The notes below the pieces were generated by a model, which saw only the letters and a list, made by a program, of their open reading frames with translations, made no database searches and had not been told where the DNA came from. DNA of 38,334 nt. Origin: an archaeon. GTDB taxonomy: Archaea; Undinarchaeota; CAZHTU01; JBDRCC01. Position numbers and translations under genes: made by a program. Where the stretch lies: positions 1 through 38,334 of the forward strand of contig JBDRCC010000016.1 of assembly GCA_043822065.1 (NCBI GenBank). The letters are read 5' to 3'. The first letter of the stretch is position 1; each line of letters starts with the position of its first letter. Below, piece by piece: positions 6,910 to 16,976 of the stretch.

Positions 6910-9279
6910 ATGGCGACCAAAGCAATAAACAGGGCCGACCTGCCGTATCTCCTTGCATTGCTGGCGGTAGCTTCCATCGTGTTTATAAAAATTTTTCTCC
7001 AAGATGGCATAATCTATGCCATTTGGTCTGATATCCCCTCGCAGTTCGCATTTTGGAAGCACTTAGCAGCCACCCACTTCTGGCAGACCGGAGAGTTCCC
7101 AAAATGGAACCCCTACGTCTTTTCCGGCGAGCCCTTTATCGGGAATGCACAGCTCGGGTTCTTCTTTCCGACAATGCTCCTGTACCTCTTTCTCGGCTCT
7201 GACCGGGCTTTCGGCTTCGTTTTCCTCATTGGGATATTCCTCGCAGGCGCGTTTACATACCTTTTCATGAAGCGGATAAGCAAGGATCGGTTTGCTTCTT
7301 TGGTATCTGCCATAGTGTTTATGTTTTCTGGTGTCATGCTTGAAAAAGTCAGCAGGGGGCACCCGCCAATTATTGATGCCATTGCAGTTTTTCCCCTCAT
7401 ATTCCTTTTCGCAGACATCTTCTTCGAAAGGCGTGACCTTAAGAGCGCTTCCGCACTGGGAATCGCCCTTGGCGTACAGATGCTCGCAGGATTCCCGGTC
7501 ATAACGGTCTATACTCTCTTAGCGCTGGCGCTTTACTACGGCTATCTTTCAATTTCAGGGAAGCCCACGCTCAAGTCAGAGCTCCAGAGGATTCCGCTTA
7601 ACCTCCTCCCGCTCATCATCATGGCCGGTCTGTCTGCAGTTGTTATCCTCCCTGGTTTGGAATTCCTTCTGAACTCCCACCGCAGCATGGGAATGTCGTT
7701 CCTTGCAAGTACCCGGCCCTTCAGCATTCTGAACCTTTCTCACCTGCTCATGCCGGAACTTCTCGGCACCCTCTTGAACGAGACCTGCTTCCTTGGTGCA
7801 ATTCTTTGCGGGGCAAATCTTTATGTTGGCGTCCTCCCACTGATATTGGCTTTAGCTGGCGCCCTTGCTTCAAAGGACAGGCGCCCGCGCTTTTTTGCAT
7901 TTTTAGCTGGATTCTCATTTCTCTACTACATCGCGCGTTTTCCGTTTCAATACTTCTTCTACTACGTAATTCCAATACTCCGCATATTCCGCGGGGCAGA
8001 CTGGATAATGTTCCTCTTCGCGTTTTCAGTTTCTGTTCTTGCAGGCTTCGGGGCGCGTACCCTCACATTAAGCTTGAATACGAAGGACAGGGCTCTCATG
8101 GGTCGGCTCTACAAGCTAACCCTCTTAGTAGCTGCTGCATCTATCCTCGCGTCCGCAGGAATACTGGCACTCAAGGGTAGCATCCTGTCAGCTGGCAGGC
8201 ATATGGTTCTGGCGCAGTACGCCCAGTATGCAAGCATTCCTGGCTATGTCCCGCTCTACAGCATCGAAGCGTACCTGGCAAAAGTTCCCCTTGTATACTC
8301 GCAGATACTCAATTCCATTCTGGTATTTTCCCTCTTGGCAGCACTCTCTGCTGCACTCATGCACCTTAGCATTGGGAAAACTGGTAAGCGGTTTGTTCTG
8401 GTTTTCATCATCGCCATACTACTAATCGACGTGTTTCTCCTCTGGCCGAAGTACATCCAAATGGCTGGCACAGATGCCCTATTCGGCCCGAACGATGTGA
8501 CAGAATTCATTTCAGCAGACAATTCGACATTTAGGGTCTTAAGCCTCGTGGATGACCAGGATCTGGGAATCCTAACCCAGCAGAGGACATCGCGGTTTGG
8601 CATCTACAAAGCCCGCGGATACAATCCCGTAGTCCTTGGCAGGTACTCCGAATACCTGGACACAATGTTCGGCAGAAATGCGACCTACAACCCCTCCATC
8701 AAACAAATCCATTATCCCGTTTTAGCTAATCTTCTCAATGCCAAGTACATCGCAACAACTGAGGATTTAACGGGCTACGAGCTTGCATATTCCGGCTCGC
8801 TGAACTTGTATGACAACATAGGATTCCTTCCGCGGGCTTTCGTCGCCCACAAGTCCAGGGTTCTTCCAAAAGGAGAAGCCCTCGCCGCCCTAACTTCCAA
8901 GGAATTCAATCCAACAGCTGAAGTTATCTTAGAGACTGGCAAATCCGAGTCTTTCACAGATTCGCCTTCAATTGTCTCAATCGTCTCTTATTCCCCTGAC
9001 TATGTTGAACTATCCGTTTCCACCGGCTCGCCTGGCTACTTGGTTCTCCTTGACACCAACTATCCTGGCTGGCGTGCAACCGTCAACGGCAAGCCGGCAC
9101 CCGTCCTTTATGCAGACTACGCCTTCCGAGCAGTTCGGGTTGACTCAGGCGAAAGCAGGGTAGCTTTTGAGTATCAACCGGCTCCCTACCGTATTGGACT
9201 ATCGCTAACTGCGTTTACGATTGCGCTCGCAATCCTCCTCCTGCTTCTTCCTGGAAAACTTTCCAATAAGCTTAAATAA
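6910..9279 (+). CDS. YfhO-family multi-pass membrane protein (GT-C-like glycosyltransferase)
   Basis: WSD after TM1, PKWNPYVFSGEPF, many TM segments, and a YfhO-type C-terminus (LPRAF, DTNYPGWRATVNG, ADYAFRAV) followed by a final TM. Confidence 0.85.
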   Translation: MATKAINRADLPYLLALLAVASIVFIKIFLQDGIIYAIWSDIPSQFAFWKHLAATHFWQTGEFPKWNPYVFSGEPFIGNAQLGFFFPTMLLYLFLGSDRAFGFVFLIGIFLAGAFTYLFMKRISKDRFASLVSAIVFMFSGVMLEKVSRGHPPIIDAIAVFPLIFLFADIFFERRDLKSASALGIALGVQMLAGFPVITVYTLLALALYYGYLSISGKPTLKSELQRIPLNLLPLIIMAGLSAVVILPGLEFLLNSHRSMGMSFLASTRPFSILNLSHLLMPELLGTLLNETCFLGAILCGANLYVGVLPLILALAGALASKDRRPRFFAFLAGFSFLYYIARFPFQYFFYYVIPILRIFRGADWIMFLFAFSVSVLAGFGARTLTLSLNTKDRALMGRLYKLTLLVAAASILASAGILALKGSILSAGRHMVLAQYAQYASIPGYVPLYSIEAYLAKVPLVYSQILNSILVFSLLAALSAALMHLSIGKTGKRFVLVFIIAILLIDVFLLWPKYIQMAGTDALFGPNDVTEFISADNSTFRVLSLVDDQDLGILTQQRTSRFGIYKARGYNPVVLGRYSEYLDTMFGRNATYNPSIKQIHYPVLANLLNAKYIATTEDLTGYELAYSGSLNLYDNIGFLPRAFVAHKSRVLPKGEALAALTSKEFNPTAEVILETGKSESFTDSPSIVSIVSYSPDYVELSVSTGSPGYLVLLDTNYPGWRATVNGKPAPVLYADYAFRAVRVDSGESRVAFEYQPAPYRIGLSLTAFTIALAILLLLLPGKLSNKLK
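9268..9279 (+). promoter_or_regulatory. Probable BRE/TATA for the operon starting at 9301
   Basis: AAG-CTTAAATAA about 22 nt upstream of the ATG at 9301; no SD sequence present. Confidence 0.45.
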
Positions 9280-9300
9280 TTACCACTTCTACTACACCCT

Positions 9301-10017
9301 ATGAAGCCCTGCATAGTTCTCCCAACCTACAATGAACGGGAGAACATAACGAAGATAGTCCCTGCCATCCTAGAAGTTTACAGGAACAACAAAATCGATG
9401 GCATGATTTTAGTTGTCGACGACAACTCCCCAGATGGAACCGGCAGGCTTGCAGACCAACTCTCGACAAAAGACAGGCGCGTCAAAGTCCTCCATAGGAA
9501 GGCCAAGGAGGGCCTTGGACGGGCTTACATTGCCGGATTCAAGAAGGCGATGTCCCTCGGCGCTGACGTAATACTTGAGATGGATGCTGACTTTTCTCAT
9601 GACCCTAAATACCTCCCTGCGCTTCTGGGGGGTCTTAAGGAATACGACCTCATGCTTGGCTCGAGATACATACCTGGCGGGGGAATCCCTGACTGGGGCC
9701 CCTCCCGGCGGCTGATAAGCTGGGGCGGAAACACCTTCGCAAGGCTTCTCACTGGCCTAAAAACAAGGGACATTACGGGAGGGTACCGCGCGTACAAGCG
9801 CGAGGTTCTCGAAAAGATGGATTTGAACGCAATCCAGTCCAACGGCTACGAGTTCCAGGCAGAAATGCTGTTCAACACAAAGCGGCTCGGTTTCAAGATA
9901 GGCGAAACTCCAATCATCTTCCGCGACAGGCGCGTCGGCCAGTCCAAGATGTCTTCAAAGGACATAATCGGCTTCTTCAAGCTTTGCTTTAAGCTTTTCT
10001 TCAAGAGGCTGACATGA
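9301..10017 (+). CDS. Polyprenol/dolichol-phosphate mannose synthase (DPM1-like GT2)
   Basis: LPTYNEREN, VDDNSPDGTG, KEGLGRAY, MDADFSHDP, GSRY, DITGGYRAY, FRDRRVGQSKM. Confidence 0.93.
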   Translation: MKPCIVLPTYNERENITKIVPAILEVYRNNKIDGMILVVDDNSPDGTGRLADQLSTKDRRVKVLHRKAKEGLGRAYIAGFKKAMSLGADVILEMDADFSHDPKYLPALLGGLKEYDLMLGSRYIPGGGIPDWGPSRRLISWGGNTFARLLTGLKTRDITGGYRAYKREVLEKMDLNAIQSNGYEFQAEMLFNTKRLGFKIGETPIIFRDRRVGQSKMSSKDIIGFFKLCFKLFFKRLT

Positions 10018-10919
10018 AAAGCAAGAAAATAATAGTCACCGGCGGCGCGGGCTTTATCGGCTCCCACCTTGTGGATGCGCTTTCAAGGGAAAACCAGGTC
10101 ACGGTTATCGACAACCTCTCAACAGGCAGGAAAGAGAACCTCAATCCAGCCGCAGAATTCATAAAAACGGACATTTCGAGGCAAAATGCTTTTAGCAGCA
10201 TAAGCTCGGCAGACGTGATATTCCATTTAGCCGCACAGACCAGCGTGATGCGCTCAATGGAGGCGCCCCACGATGACTTTCGCTCAAACGCGCTTGGAAC
10301 CATAAACGTCTTAGAGCTTGCCAAGCAGCTGAATTCCAAGGTCGTCTACACCTCCAGCTGTGCTATCTATGGCGAGCCAGCATCCCTTCCTGTCAAAGAG
10401 ACCCACGCAGTCAATCCGATATCCCCCTACGCAGTTTCCAAACTGGCTGCAGAGAAGCTATCATCGGCGTATTCCTATATCTACGGCCTCGACGCCACCT
10501 CACTTAGGCTCTTCAACGTCTACGGCCCCCGCCAATCCGGGGATTATGCCGGCGTGATCTCAATCTTCATTGAAAACGCATTGGACTGCTCCTCGCTTAA
10601 GATATTCGGGGACGGCAGCCAGTTTAGGGATTTTGTGTACGTATCTGACGTTGTCAAAGCGTTGCTAAGCGCGGCTTCCCCAAGCTTAAAAGGAAAGGTG
10701 CTGAATGTCGGAACCGGCAGGACAGTCACAATAAATGACCTTGCCAAAAAAATCATCTCGTTAGCCGGCTCAGAGTCCAAGGTGGAGCACGTAGGCGCGA
10801 GGAAGGGCGAAATCCACGGAATGTCATCGGACACAGCCCTCCTAAAAAAGGAGTTTGGCTGGGTTCCAGGCACTAATCTTGAAGACGGCCTGAAGTCGAC
10901 GATTAAGTGGTTCTCATGA
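10014..10919 (+). CDS. NAD-dependent epimerase (UDP-glucose/UDP-GlcNAc 4-epimerase-like SDR)
   Basis: TGGAGFIGSH, HLAAQTSV, SSCAIYG, PYAVSK, FNVYGPRQ, GDGSQFRDFVYV. Confidence 0.9.
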   Translation: MKSKKIIVTGGAGFIGSHLVDALSRENQVTVIDNLSTGRKENLNPAAEFIKTDISRQNAFSSISSADVIFHLAAQTSVMRSMEAPHDDFRSNALGTINVLELAKQLNSKVVYTSSCAIYGEPASLPVKETHAVNPISPYAVSKLAAEKLSSAYSYIYGLDATSLRLFNVYGPRQSGDYAGVISIFIENALDCSSLKIFGDGSQFRDFVYVSDVVKALLSAASPSLKGKVLNVGTGRTVTINDLAKKIISLAGSESKVEHVGARKGEIHGMSSDTALLKKEFGWVPGTNLEDGLKSTIKWFS

Positions 10920-11515
10920 ATTCAAAAGTTTATATCGTGCGCCTCGCGCCGCTACTTTACAAGCCGCTGGCAAAGAAGGTAGCCAGATGCAACCCAAAAA
11001 CTGTCCTTGACGCAGGATGTGGGATAGGAATACTCTCGCTCGAGATAAAAAAGATTCTTAGGGGCTCGGACGTAACTGGGGTCGACATCGACGCTCACTC
11101 AATCAAGGTTGCAAAAAACATGGCAATCCGAAACGACATGCAGATAAATTTCATTAGAGCGGACATCCACAAGTTTAAATTCCAGCCAACTGCTTACGAC
11201 GCTGTAGTCAGCAAGAGCGCATTTTGCTACTGGCGCGACTCCGAGATCCTGCTAAACAAATTCGTCAAATCACTCAAACGAGGAGGGCGGCTCTACGTAA
11301 TGGACGTCCGGAGGGACGCCTTATTTCCAAGGCTTATCCTGATGGTGGGGCTCTCAGACTTATTCGATGCCAAAAAAGGCGCCTTCAAGGATTATATCCA
11401 GCGCGGCAAGACCATGCCTGAGGTCAGGGAAATCCTAACGCTTGCCGGCATAGAAAAATACAAAATATCAAAAATGTTCTTTGGCATGTACTACCTGCTC
11501 GAGGTGGGAAATTGA
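10916..11515 (+). CDS. Class I SAM-dependent methyltransferase
   Basis: VLDAGCGIG (motif I), GVDID, LKRGGRLYV. Start placed at the ATGA overlap at 10916. Confidence 0.85.
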   Translation: MNSKVYIVRLAPLLYKPLAKKVARCNPKTVLDAGCGIGILSLEIKKILRGSDVTGVDIDAHSIKVAKNMAIRNDMQINFIRADIHKFKFQPTAYDAVVSKSAFCYWRDSEILLNKFVKSLKRGGRLYVMDVRRDALFPRLILMVGLSDLFDAKKGAFKDYIQRGKTMPEVREILTLAGIEKYKISKMFFGMYYLLEVGN

Positions 11516-12279
11516 AGCTTGCTATAACAATCGACGTGGAGCCGTGGGATGCCCCATCGAACAACGGGATAAAAACTGACGAGCTTACGCCATCCCTTGA
11601 CGGTCTTGCCAGCCTACTCTCCCTGTTCAGGGAGCACAACGCCAAGTCAACCCTGTTTGTGTCTGGGAATTGCGTCAGCCGGCTCAAACCAGCCCTAAAG
11701 CAGGCAGTCGCCGACGGGCATGAAATAGCGTCCCACGGACAAAACCACATGCGCTATACTGGCCTTTCGAAAGAGAAAGTTGCCGCTGACGTATCCGCTG
11801 CCGAGAAATCATTGTCCAAGCTCGGGGTCAAACCCATTGGCTTCCGTGCCCCCGGTTGCAGGTACACAGAGGAACTGGCTGAGGTACTTACCGAACGCGG
11901 CTACAAATACGACAGCTCGCTCCACCCGACCTTTATACCTGGGCATTACAACAACATCCTCAAGCCGAACCAGCCTTTCCGGCTCAATGACTGCCTGCTG
12001 GAAATCCCGCTTTCAGTATTTCCTCTAATCCATCAGCCAATCTCCTGGTGGTGGATGCGGAATATCGGCGTATGGTGGACGCAGCTTGGCGCGAGACTGA
12101 ACTCTGCGCTCTCGAACATTCCGATCCTGTACTTCCACTCATGGGAGTTTGCAGAGCTTCCGAGGTTTGACGGAATAGGCAAATCAATGTACCGCAATAC
12201 TGGAAAACCTGCCCTGCAGATGCTCGAATCCCTGATAAAAGGAAACCAAACCGTACTTCTAAAGGATATCTCTGATTAG
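11512..12279 (+). CDS. Polysaccharide deacetylase (CE4/NodB, DUF3473-type)
   Basis: TIDVE, HEIASHGQNH, GFRAPG, YDSSL, YFHSWE; TTG start with GAGGTGG upstream. Confidence 0.88.
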   Translation: MKLAITIDVEPWDAPSNNGIKTDELTPSLDGLASLLSLFREHNAKSTLFVSGNCVSRLKPALKQAVADGHEIASHGQNHMRYTGLSKEKVAADVSAAEKSLSKLGVKPIGFRAPGCRYTEELAEVLTERGYKYDSSLHPTFIPGHYNNILKPNQPFRLNDCLLEIPLSVFPLIHQPISWWWMRNIGVWWTQLGARLNSALSNIPILYFHSWEFAELPRFDGIGKSMYRNTGKPALQMLESLIKGNQTVLLKDISD

Positions 12280-13319
12280 TCCCTGTGGGGCTTGTACTGC
12301 CCTGTGTAGCTTCTCCCCGTGAAATACCTGAATATTGAATACGCTGAAAAGAATGCTATGGTGGGCAGGAGTATGAGCCACAGCGGCAGGTAGGCGAGCG
12401 CCCGCCATTTCCTGTAGTGGGCTATGCTTGCGGTCGAGAACGCCAACACCGTAGTAAACAACAGCGCCACGAGAAGTGCGATAACATTAAGCCAAAAAAG
12501 GGTGCCGAAAGCCACGAACTCATAAACTGCCAGCACCGTGAGTGCCAGGCCGAGCGCAGGCATGCCAAGGAAAAATAGCCACACTGGAACGTATTTCAGG
12601 GCGTCCGCGGCGCTTGCTTTGCGGAAAACATCCATGTGGATGAGAAGGTGCCTGCCGATTTCCCCGAACCAGCGCTTGTATTTCGTGAAGTAGGAGCCGA
12701 AGCGCTCCGGCTCTTCGACAGTAATCAGCATCCTTGGGTTGAAGACAAGCCGCTTTCCGGTCTTCACAATCTTGAAGCTTATGTCAAGGGTGTCCGTCGT
12801 GGTCTCCTCGCTGAAGCCCACCTTGCCGAATATGGATTTTTCAAAGCCGACATTTGCGCCGGTTATCTTCGGGCAGAAATTAAATTTTGCCAGCAGTTCC
12901 GGAAGAAAATCGTGCAGAAGGAGCACAAGAAGCAAGTGCATTTTCTGCCCCATGCTCTTAGTTTCCCTTAAGAAATGGGGTCCGGTCACCGCGCCAACGC
13001 CCTCCTGCTCGAGGCTTTTGACGCCCTGCTCAATCCAGTCCTGGTTAACCTGCGAGTCCGCGTCAGTAATCAGGACATAGTCTCCCGTCGCTTTCGAGAT
13101 TCCATAGTTCAGCGCCCCAGAGCGCCCCTTTCGCTTAATGCCGAGGAGCCTTACTCTTTTGTCCGCATACTTCTTTACAATTGCAGGGGTCCTGTCTGTG
13201 GAGCCATCGTCAACGACCAGTATTTCCATGTCCGTATAGCCAGTCCTGACTATAGAATTTAATGTAGCCGTGATGTTCTTCTCCTCGTTATAAACAGGTA
13301 TGACTACGCTAACCCTCAT
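12276..13319 (-). CDS. Glycosyltransferase family 2 with C-terminal TM helices (CESA/IcaA-like)
   Basis: IPVYNEE, VDDGSTD, TDAD, GAN, KYKRW (QxxRW-like), then 2-3 TM segments. Confidence 0.88.
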   Translation of the reverse strand: MRVSVVIPVYNEEKNITATLNSIVRTGYTDMEILVVDDGSTDRTPAIVKKYADKRVRLLGIKRKGRSGALNYGISKATGDYVLITDADSQVNQDWIEQGVKSLEQEGVGAVTGPHFLRETKSMGQKMHLLLVLLLHDFLPELLAKFNFCPKITGANVGFEKSIFGKVGFSEETTTDTLDISFKIVKTGKRLVFNPRMLITVEEPERFGSYFTKYKRWFGEIGRHLLIHMDVFRKASAADALKYVPVWLFFLGMPALGLALTVLAVYEFVAFGTLFWLNVIALLVALLFTTVLAFSTASIAHYRKWRALAYLPLWLILLPTIAFFSAYSIFRYFTGRSYTGQYKPHRD

Positions 13320-14775
13320 ATGCCTCGCACAAAACCTCAGGGGTGTGCATGAAATGCGCCATTGGGTCCCTTGTGAACTCCTTGCAGTTCTTCACTGGAA
13401 TCCCAAGGTACAGTGCCGCTCTCTGGTTCACAAAAAGCTTTCCCGTTATTTGGCTTTGGTCTACTCCGCCCTGCCCTTTATAGTCCGGTTCTATATAGTT
13501 AATCTCCGGGGCAAACCACTCATAGTGGTGCGAGTCAGTGTACCCTATCACAGTTATGTTCGCGGTATCGAAATTTTCCCGCAGGTACTCTATCTGCTGC
13601 ACTGGCGGCGGGTATTCGCTATGGAGGGTGTAGCTAAGGTCAAAGCCTCTGACAAACCAGACGCCCCCAAGAAGAATCAACAGATAAAGCGCAACTCTTC
13701 CGTATTTCCTCTCTGCCTGCGAGAAGCCAGCTGCGATTATCAGGCACAGGGCTGGGATTATCGGGAGGTGGTACTTGGTCACGTTTGGCGTCTGGAACAT
13801 GAAAAGTACAATCCAGAACGGCACAAACCAGAGGAGCGGGAGCCACTTATTCTTGAAGTCCTTGAAGCTGAACAAGAAAAATGCAGCTATCACGAACCCC
13901 ACGAGCCCAATTCCCACTGACAAAAACGGCAGCACCTGCCCAACCGACACTGCCTCGTATTGCGGATTTTGCAGGAGGAATCCCGTTATGTCGAGGTTCA
14001 GCGGGTTAATCCCATTTGTATACATAAAGCTGTAAAGGAACAGCCCTGCCCGCATCGGCAGAGAATACGGCGGGTTCTCCGCAAAAACGCTCTCCCGCAT
14101 TGCCGCTGGGTTTGGCCCGAAGACTTTTGCAGGGTATACCCCAAAGCCCCCAAGCGACACGCTGAGCGGAACGTACCATACAAGGCAGAATGCCGCGGTC
14201 AGGGCGATGAACTTAAGGAGCTCCTTCTTCCGTTTCAGGACGCATAGCGGCAATATGATGAAAAAGCCAAACGTCTGCCTCGCGCCAAGCGCCATCGCAG
14301 AAAAGAATGATGCGAGCACAAGGTTCCGCTCCCTTTCCCAGTATAGCAGGAACGCAAGGCCGGTCAGCAGGAAAAAAGCAGCAGTTACGTCGCTCATGGC
14401 AATCTCGCTCTTCAGCCAAAAAAGGGGGTTCAAAAGAAGCAGGGCAGTCGCTATAAACGAATCGCGCTTGCCAAGGAACTTTCTTGAGACGTAATACATC
14501 GGCACAAGCGCAAGCGAGCCGAGGGCGGCATTCGGGAGTATCAGCGCAAGCCGGTGGCTGTCGGTAAACAGGAAGAAGAGTTTTGCAACTGCGATGTAGG
14601 TCACATAATGCGGAAAATGCGGATAATTGTGCGCCGGGTCAAACTTGTCCAGCGCGTGTGCAAAATACGTGACATCAAAGTCATCGAAGGAAGCGCTCAT
14701 GAGGGACAGCTTAAGTGCAAGCGAAACAAGTACAAGGACTGCCAAAATCCTCCTTTCGTCCTTCTGGAGCTTCAT
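13309..14775 (-). CDS. GT-C-like membrane glycosyltransferase (PMT_2/GT39/ArnT-like)
   Basis: DDFD after TM1, HFPHY, LNPLFW..AMSD, GAR and KYHLP, about 10-11 TMs, small soluble C-terminal domain. Start moved to ATG 14775. Confidence 0.8.
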   Translation of the reverse strand: MKLQKDERRILAVLVLVSLALKLSLMSASFDDFDVTYFAHALDKFDPAHNYPHFPHYVTYIAVAKLFFLFTDSHRLALILPNAALGSLALVPMYYVSRKFLGKRDSFIATALLLLNPLFWLKSEIAMSDVTAAFFLLTGLAFLLYWERERNLVLASFFSAMALGARQTFGFFIILPLCVLKRKKELLKFIALTAAFCLVWYVPLSVSLGGFGVYPAKVFGPNPAAMRESVFAENPPYSLPMRAGLFLYSFMYTNGINPLNLDITGFLLQNPQYEAVSVGQVLPFLSVGIGLVGFVIAAFFLFSFKDFKNKWLPLLWFVPFWIVLFMFQTPNVTKYHLPIIPALCLIIAAGFSQAERKYGRVALYLLILLGGVWFVRGFDLSYTLHSEYPPPVQQIEYLRENFDTANITVIGYTDSHHYEWFAPEINYIEPDYKGQGGVDQSQITGKLFVNQRAALYLGIPVKNCKEFTRDPMAHFMHTPEVLCEAYEG

Positions 14776-14776
14776 T

Positions 14777-15793
14777 TTATTCAAAGAGGTTCCTGTTTTC
14801 TTCCACCCACGAGTAAAGCAGGTTCACGCCGTTCTTCGGGCTTACTTTCGGCTCCCAGCCGAAATCCCGTTTCGCTTTTGAGACATCTGAGTAGTATACC
14901 TTCTGGTCGCTCGGCCTCCACTCGCCGTAGTCAAGCCCGAACGGCTTCCCGCCGCGCTCCTCGACGTACTGTACAAGCTCAAGCAGGGACATAGCGTTCT
15001 TCGCCCCGCCGCCTATAGCATAAGCCTGTCCAGCAGTCTTCTTAATGTTCTCCGTGGCTTTGATGAACGCGTTTACCAGGTCGTCAATGTACAGCACGTC
15101 CCTTATCTGCTTCCCGTCGCCGAAAATCGTCAGGGGGCTGTTGAGTATATAGGAGTTCACAAAGTGCGCAACCCATCCCTGGTCGACGCAGCCGAACTGC
15201 CGCGTTCCGTAAATGCAGGACATCCTGAAGACGACAGTCCTCAAGCCGTAAATCCTGTTGTAGTCCAAACAATAAGAGTCAGCCGCGCCCTTGGAGCATC
15301 CGTAAGGCGTGTGGGGCTCAATAGGCCTCTCGGACGGCACCCCGTTCCGAAGGGTCTTGAACTCATACCGCCGCTCCTTTTCCATAATTTCGACATCTCC
15401 AAGGTCGCCGTAGACCTTGTTCGTCGACGTGAATATTACCACCGGCATGGTTTCAGCTTTTCTTGCCGCCTCAAGCACGTTGAACGTGCCGAGGGCGTTT
15501 ATCTCAAAGTCCTGGCGCGGGTTTGTGACTGACGTCGTAACCGCCGTCTGCCCCGCAGTGTGGAAAATCGCATCCGCGTCCTTGCAGGCGGCTTCAATCT
15601 TCCTTGCGTCGCAGACGCTCTCCTTGACGAAAGTGAACCTGTCGCCCCATTTCTGCTTAAGCCAGTCTATGTTGTGCTCAACGCCAGGCCTGAAAAGGTT
15701 GTCATAAACCACAACTTTGTGCTTCCGCTCAATCATCCGGCTTGCGAGGTTTGCACCGACGAAGCCAGCCCCACCAGTCACAACTACTTTCAT
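14777..15793 (-). CDS. rfbE: CDP-paratose 2-epimerase (tyvelose epimerase)-like SDR
   Basis: AGQTAVTTSVTNPRQDFEINALGT, STNKVYG, TPYGCSKGAAD, RMSCIYG..QF...DQGWVA and GDGKQIRDVL are RfbE family signatures. GAGGAGG RBS upstream. Confidence 0.82.
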   Translation of the reverse strand: MKVVVTGGAGFVGANLASRMIERKHKVVVYDNLFRPGVEHNIDWLKQKWGDRFTFVKESVCDARKIEAACKDADAIFHTAGQTAVTTSVTNPRQDFEINALGTFNVLEAARKAETMPVVIFTSTNKVYGDLGDVEIMEKERRYEFKTLRNGVPSERPIEPHTPYGCSKGAADSYCLDYNRIYGLRTVVFRMSCIYGTRQFGCVDQGWVAHFVNSYILNSPLTIFGDGKQIRDVLYIDDLVNAFIKATENIKKTAGQAYAIGGGAKNAMSLLELVQYVEERGGKPFGLDYGEWRPSDQKVYYSDVSKAKRDFGWEPKVSPKNGVNLLYSWVEENRNLFE

Positions 15794-15802
15794 TTTACCT
15801 CC

Positions 15803-16933
15803 TCAAACGAGCAGCTTCTTTTCGTCGAGCTCTTTTTTTGCCTGCTCAAATCCGTCGACCGCGTTTTCGCCGCTCTGGTCTGCTACCCATCCAGCCAATT
15901 CCTTTATGCCGTCCTCGAATTTTACTCCCGGCTTGAAGCCGAGCCTCTTCTGTATCCTGCTTAGGTCAGCATAACAGTGCCGGATGTCCCCCTTCCGGAA
16001 CTTGTTCGTCAGCTCCGGCTTCAGGGTCTTTTTCTGCGCTTTGATTAGGACCTCGGCTATTTCCTTTATTGATATCGGCTTCCCGCTCCCCACGTTGAAA
16101 ACCTCATAATCCGCCTTGCTGCTGTTCATCGCCATGATGTTTGCGCGGACTATGTCGCTGACGTGTATGAAATCTCGGCTCTGGCCGCCGTCCTCAGTTA
16201 TCACTGGCGGGTTGTCGTTCTTAATCCGTGAAGAGAAAATCGCGCATACGCCCGTATATGGATTCGACAGCGCCTGCCTCGAGCCGTAGACGTTGAAATA
16301 CCTTAAGGCGACCGAAGGTATGCCATAGGTCTTCCCAAGGATTATCGACATTTCCTCCTGGTCCTTTTTGCCGAGGGCATATATCGAATTCGTAAACGGT
16401 GGCTTCATCTCGTCCGTCGGAACTGGCTTGAGCTGCTTTTTGCAGGACGGGCACTTGACCTCCCACTCTTGCTTTTTCATCTGTTCCATGCCCCTCAGCT
16501 GGGGATAAACTACTCCGCACTTTGGGCACTCGTACTTTCCCTCGCCATATAGCGACATCGATGATGCGACAATGAACTTTTTGACCGAGTTTTCCTTGTT
16601 CACCAGCCAGTCCCACATTCTAGCCGTTGCACCTGTGTTGGCGTCCATGTAATGCCCTATTTGGTACATCGACTGCGCAACGCCAACCGCAGACGCCTCA
16701 TGGAACACGACCTCGTGGTCCTTGAAGAGCCCGGTCATGACATCTTCATCTCTGACGTCCGCTTTTATGAATTCGGCTTCAGAATTGAGATAACTCGGCT
16801 TATTTCCGCCTGGGTGGACCTGCTCAACCAGGGAGTCCACTATGGTAACGTCATGCCCGTCCCTAATAAGCCCGTCCACAAGGTGGGAGCCGATAAAGCC
16901 CGCGCCGCCGGTGACTAGCACCTTATAGCTCAT
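15803..16933 (-). CDS. Extended SDR epimerase (dTDP-L-rhamnose 4-epimerase/WbiB-like) with a CxxC..CxxC insert
   Basis: TGGAGFIGSH, QVH, VGVAQSMY, ASSMSLYGEG, CPKC...CPSC, YALGK, QALSNPYTGV, EDGGQSRDF, GDIRHC. Confidence 0.85.
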   Translation of the reverse strand: MSYKVLVTGGAGFIGSHLVDGLIRDGHDVTIVDSLVEQVHPGGNKPSYLNSEAEFIKADVRDEDVMTGLFKDHEVVFHEASAVGVAQSMYQIGHYMDANTGATARMWDWLVNKENSVKKFIVASSMSLYGEGKYECPKCGVVYPQLRGMEQMKKQEWEVKCPSCKKQLKPVPTDEMKPPFTNSIYALGKKDQEEMSIILGKTYGIPSVALRYFNVYGSRQALSNPYTGVCAIFSSRIKNDNPPVITEDGGQSRDFIHVSDIVRANIMAMNSSKADYEVFNVGSGKPISIKEIAEVLIKAQKKTLKPELTNKFRKGDIRHCYADLSRIQKRLGFKPGVKFEDGIKELAGWVADQSGENAVDGFEQAKKELDEKKLLV

Positions 16934-16955
16934 TTTATATCCTATAAAATACGCA

Positions 16956-16971
16956 TTTAAAACCTTTTTCG
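16956..16971 (-). promoter_or_regulatory. Archaeal BRE + TATA box
   Basis: Minus strand CGAAAAAG-G-TTTTAAA, ending about 23 nt before the ATG at 16933. Confidence 0.7.
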
Positions 16972-16976
16972 ATGAC

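Noticed and set aside
13300-13920. 206-aa + strand ORF
   Set aside because: It is antisense to the GT-C-like gene, with no motifs or promoter.
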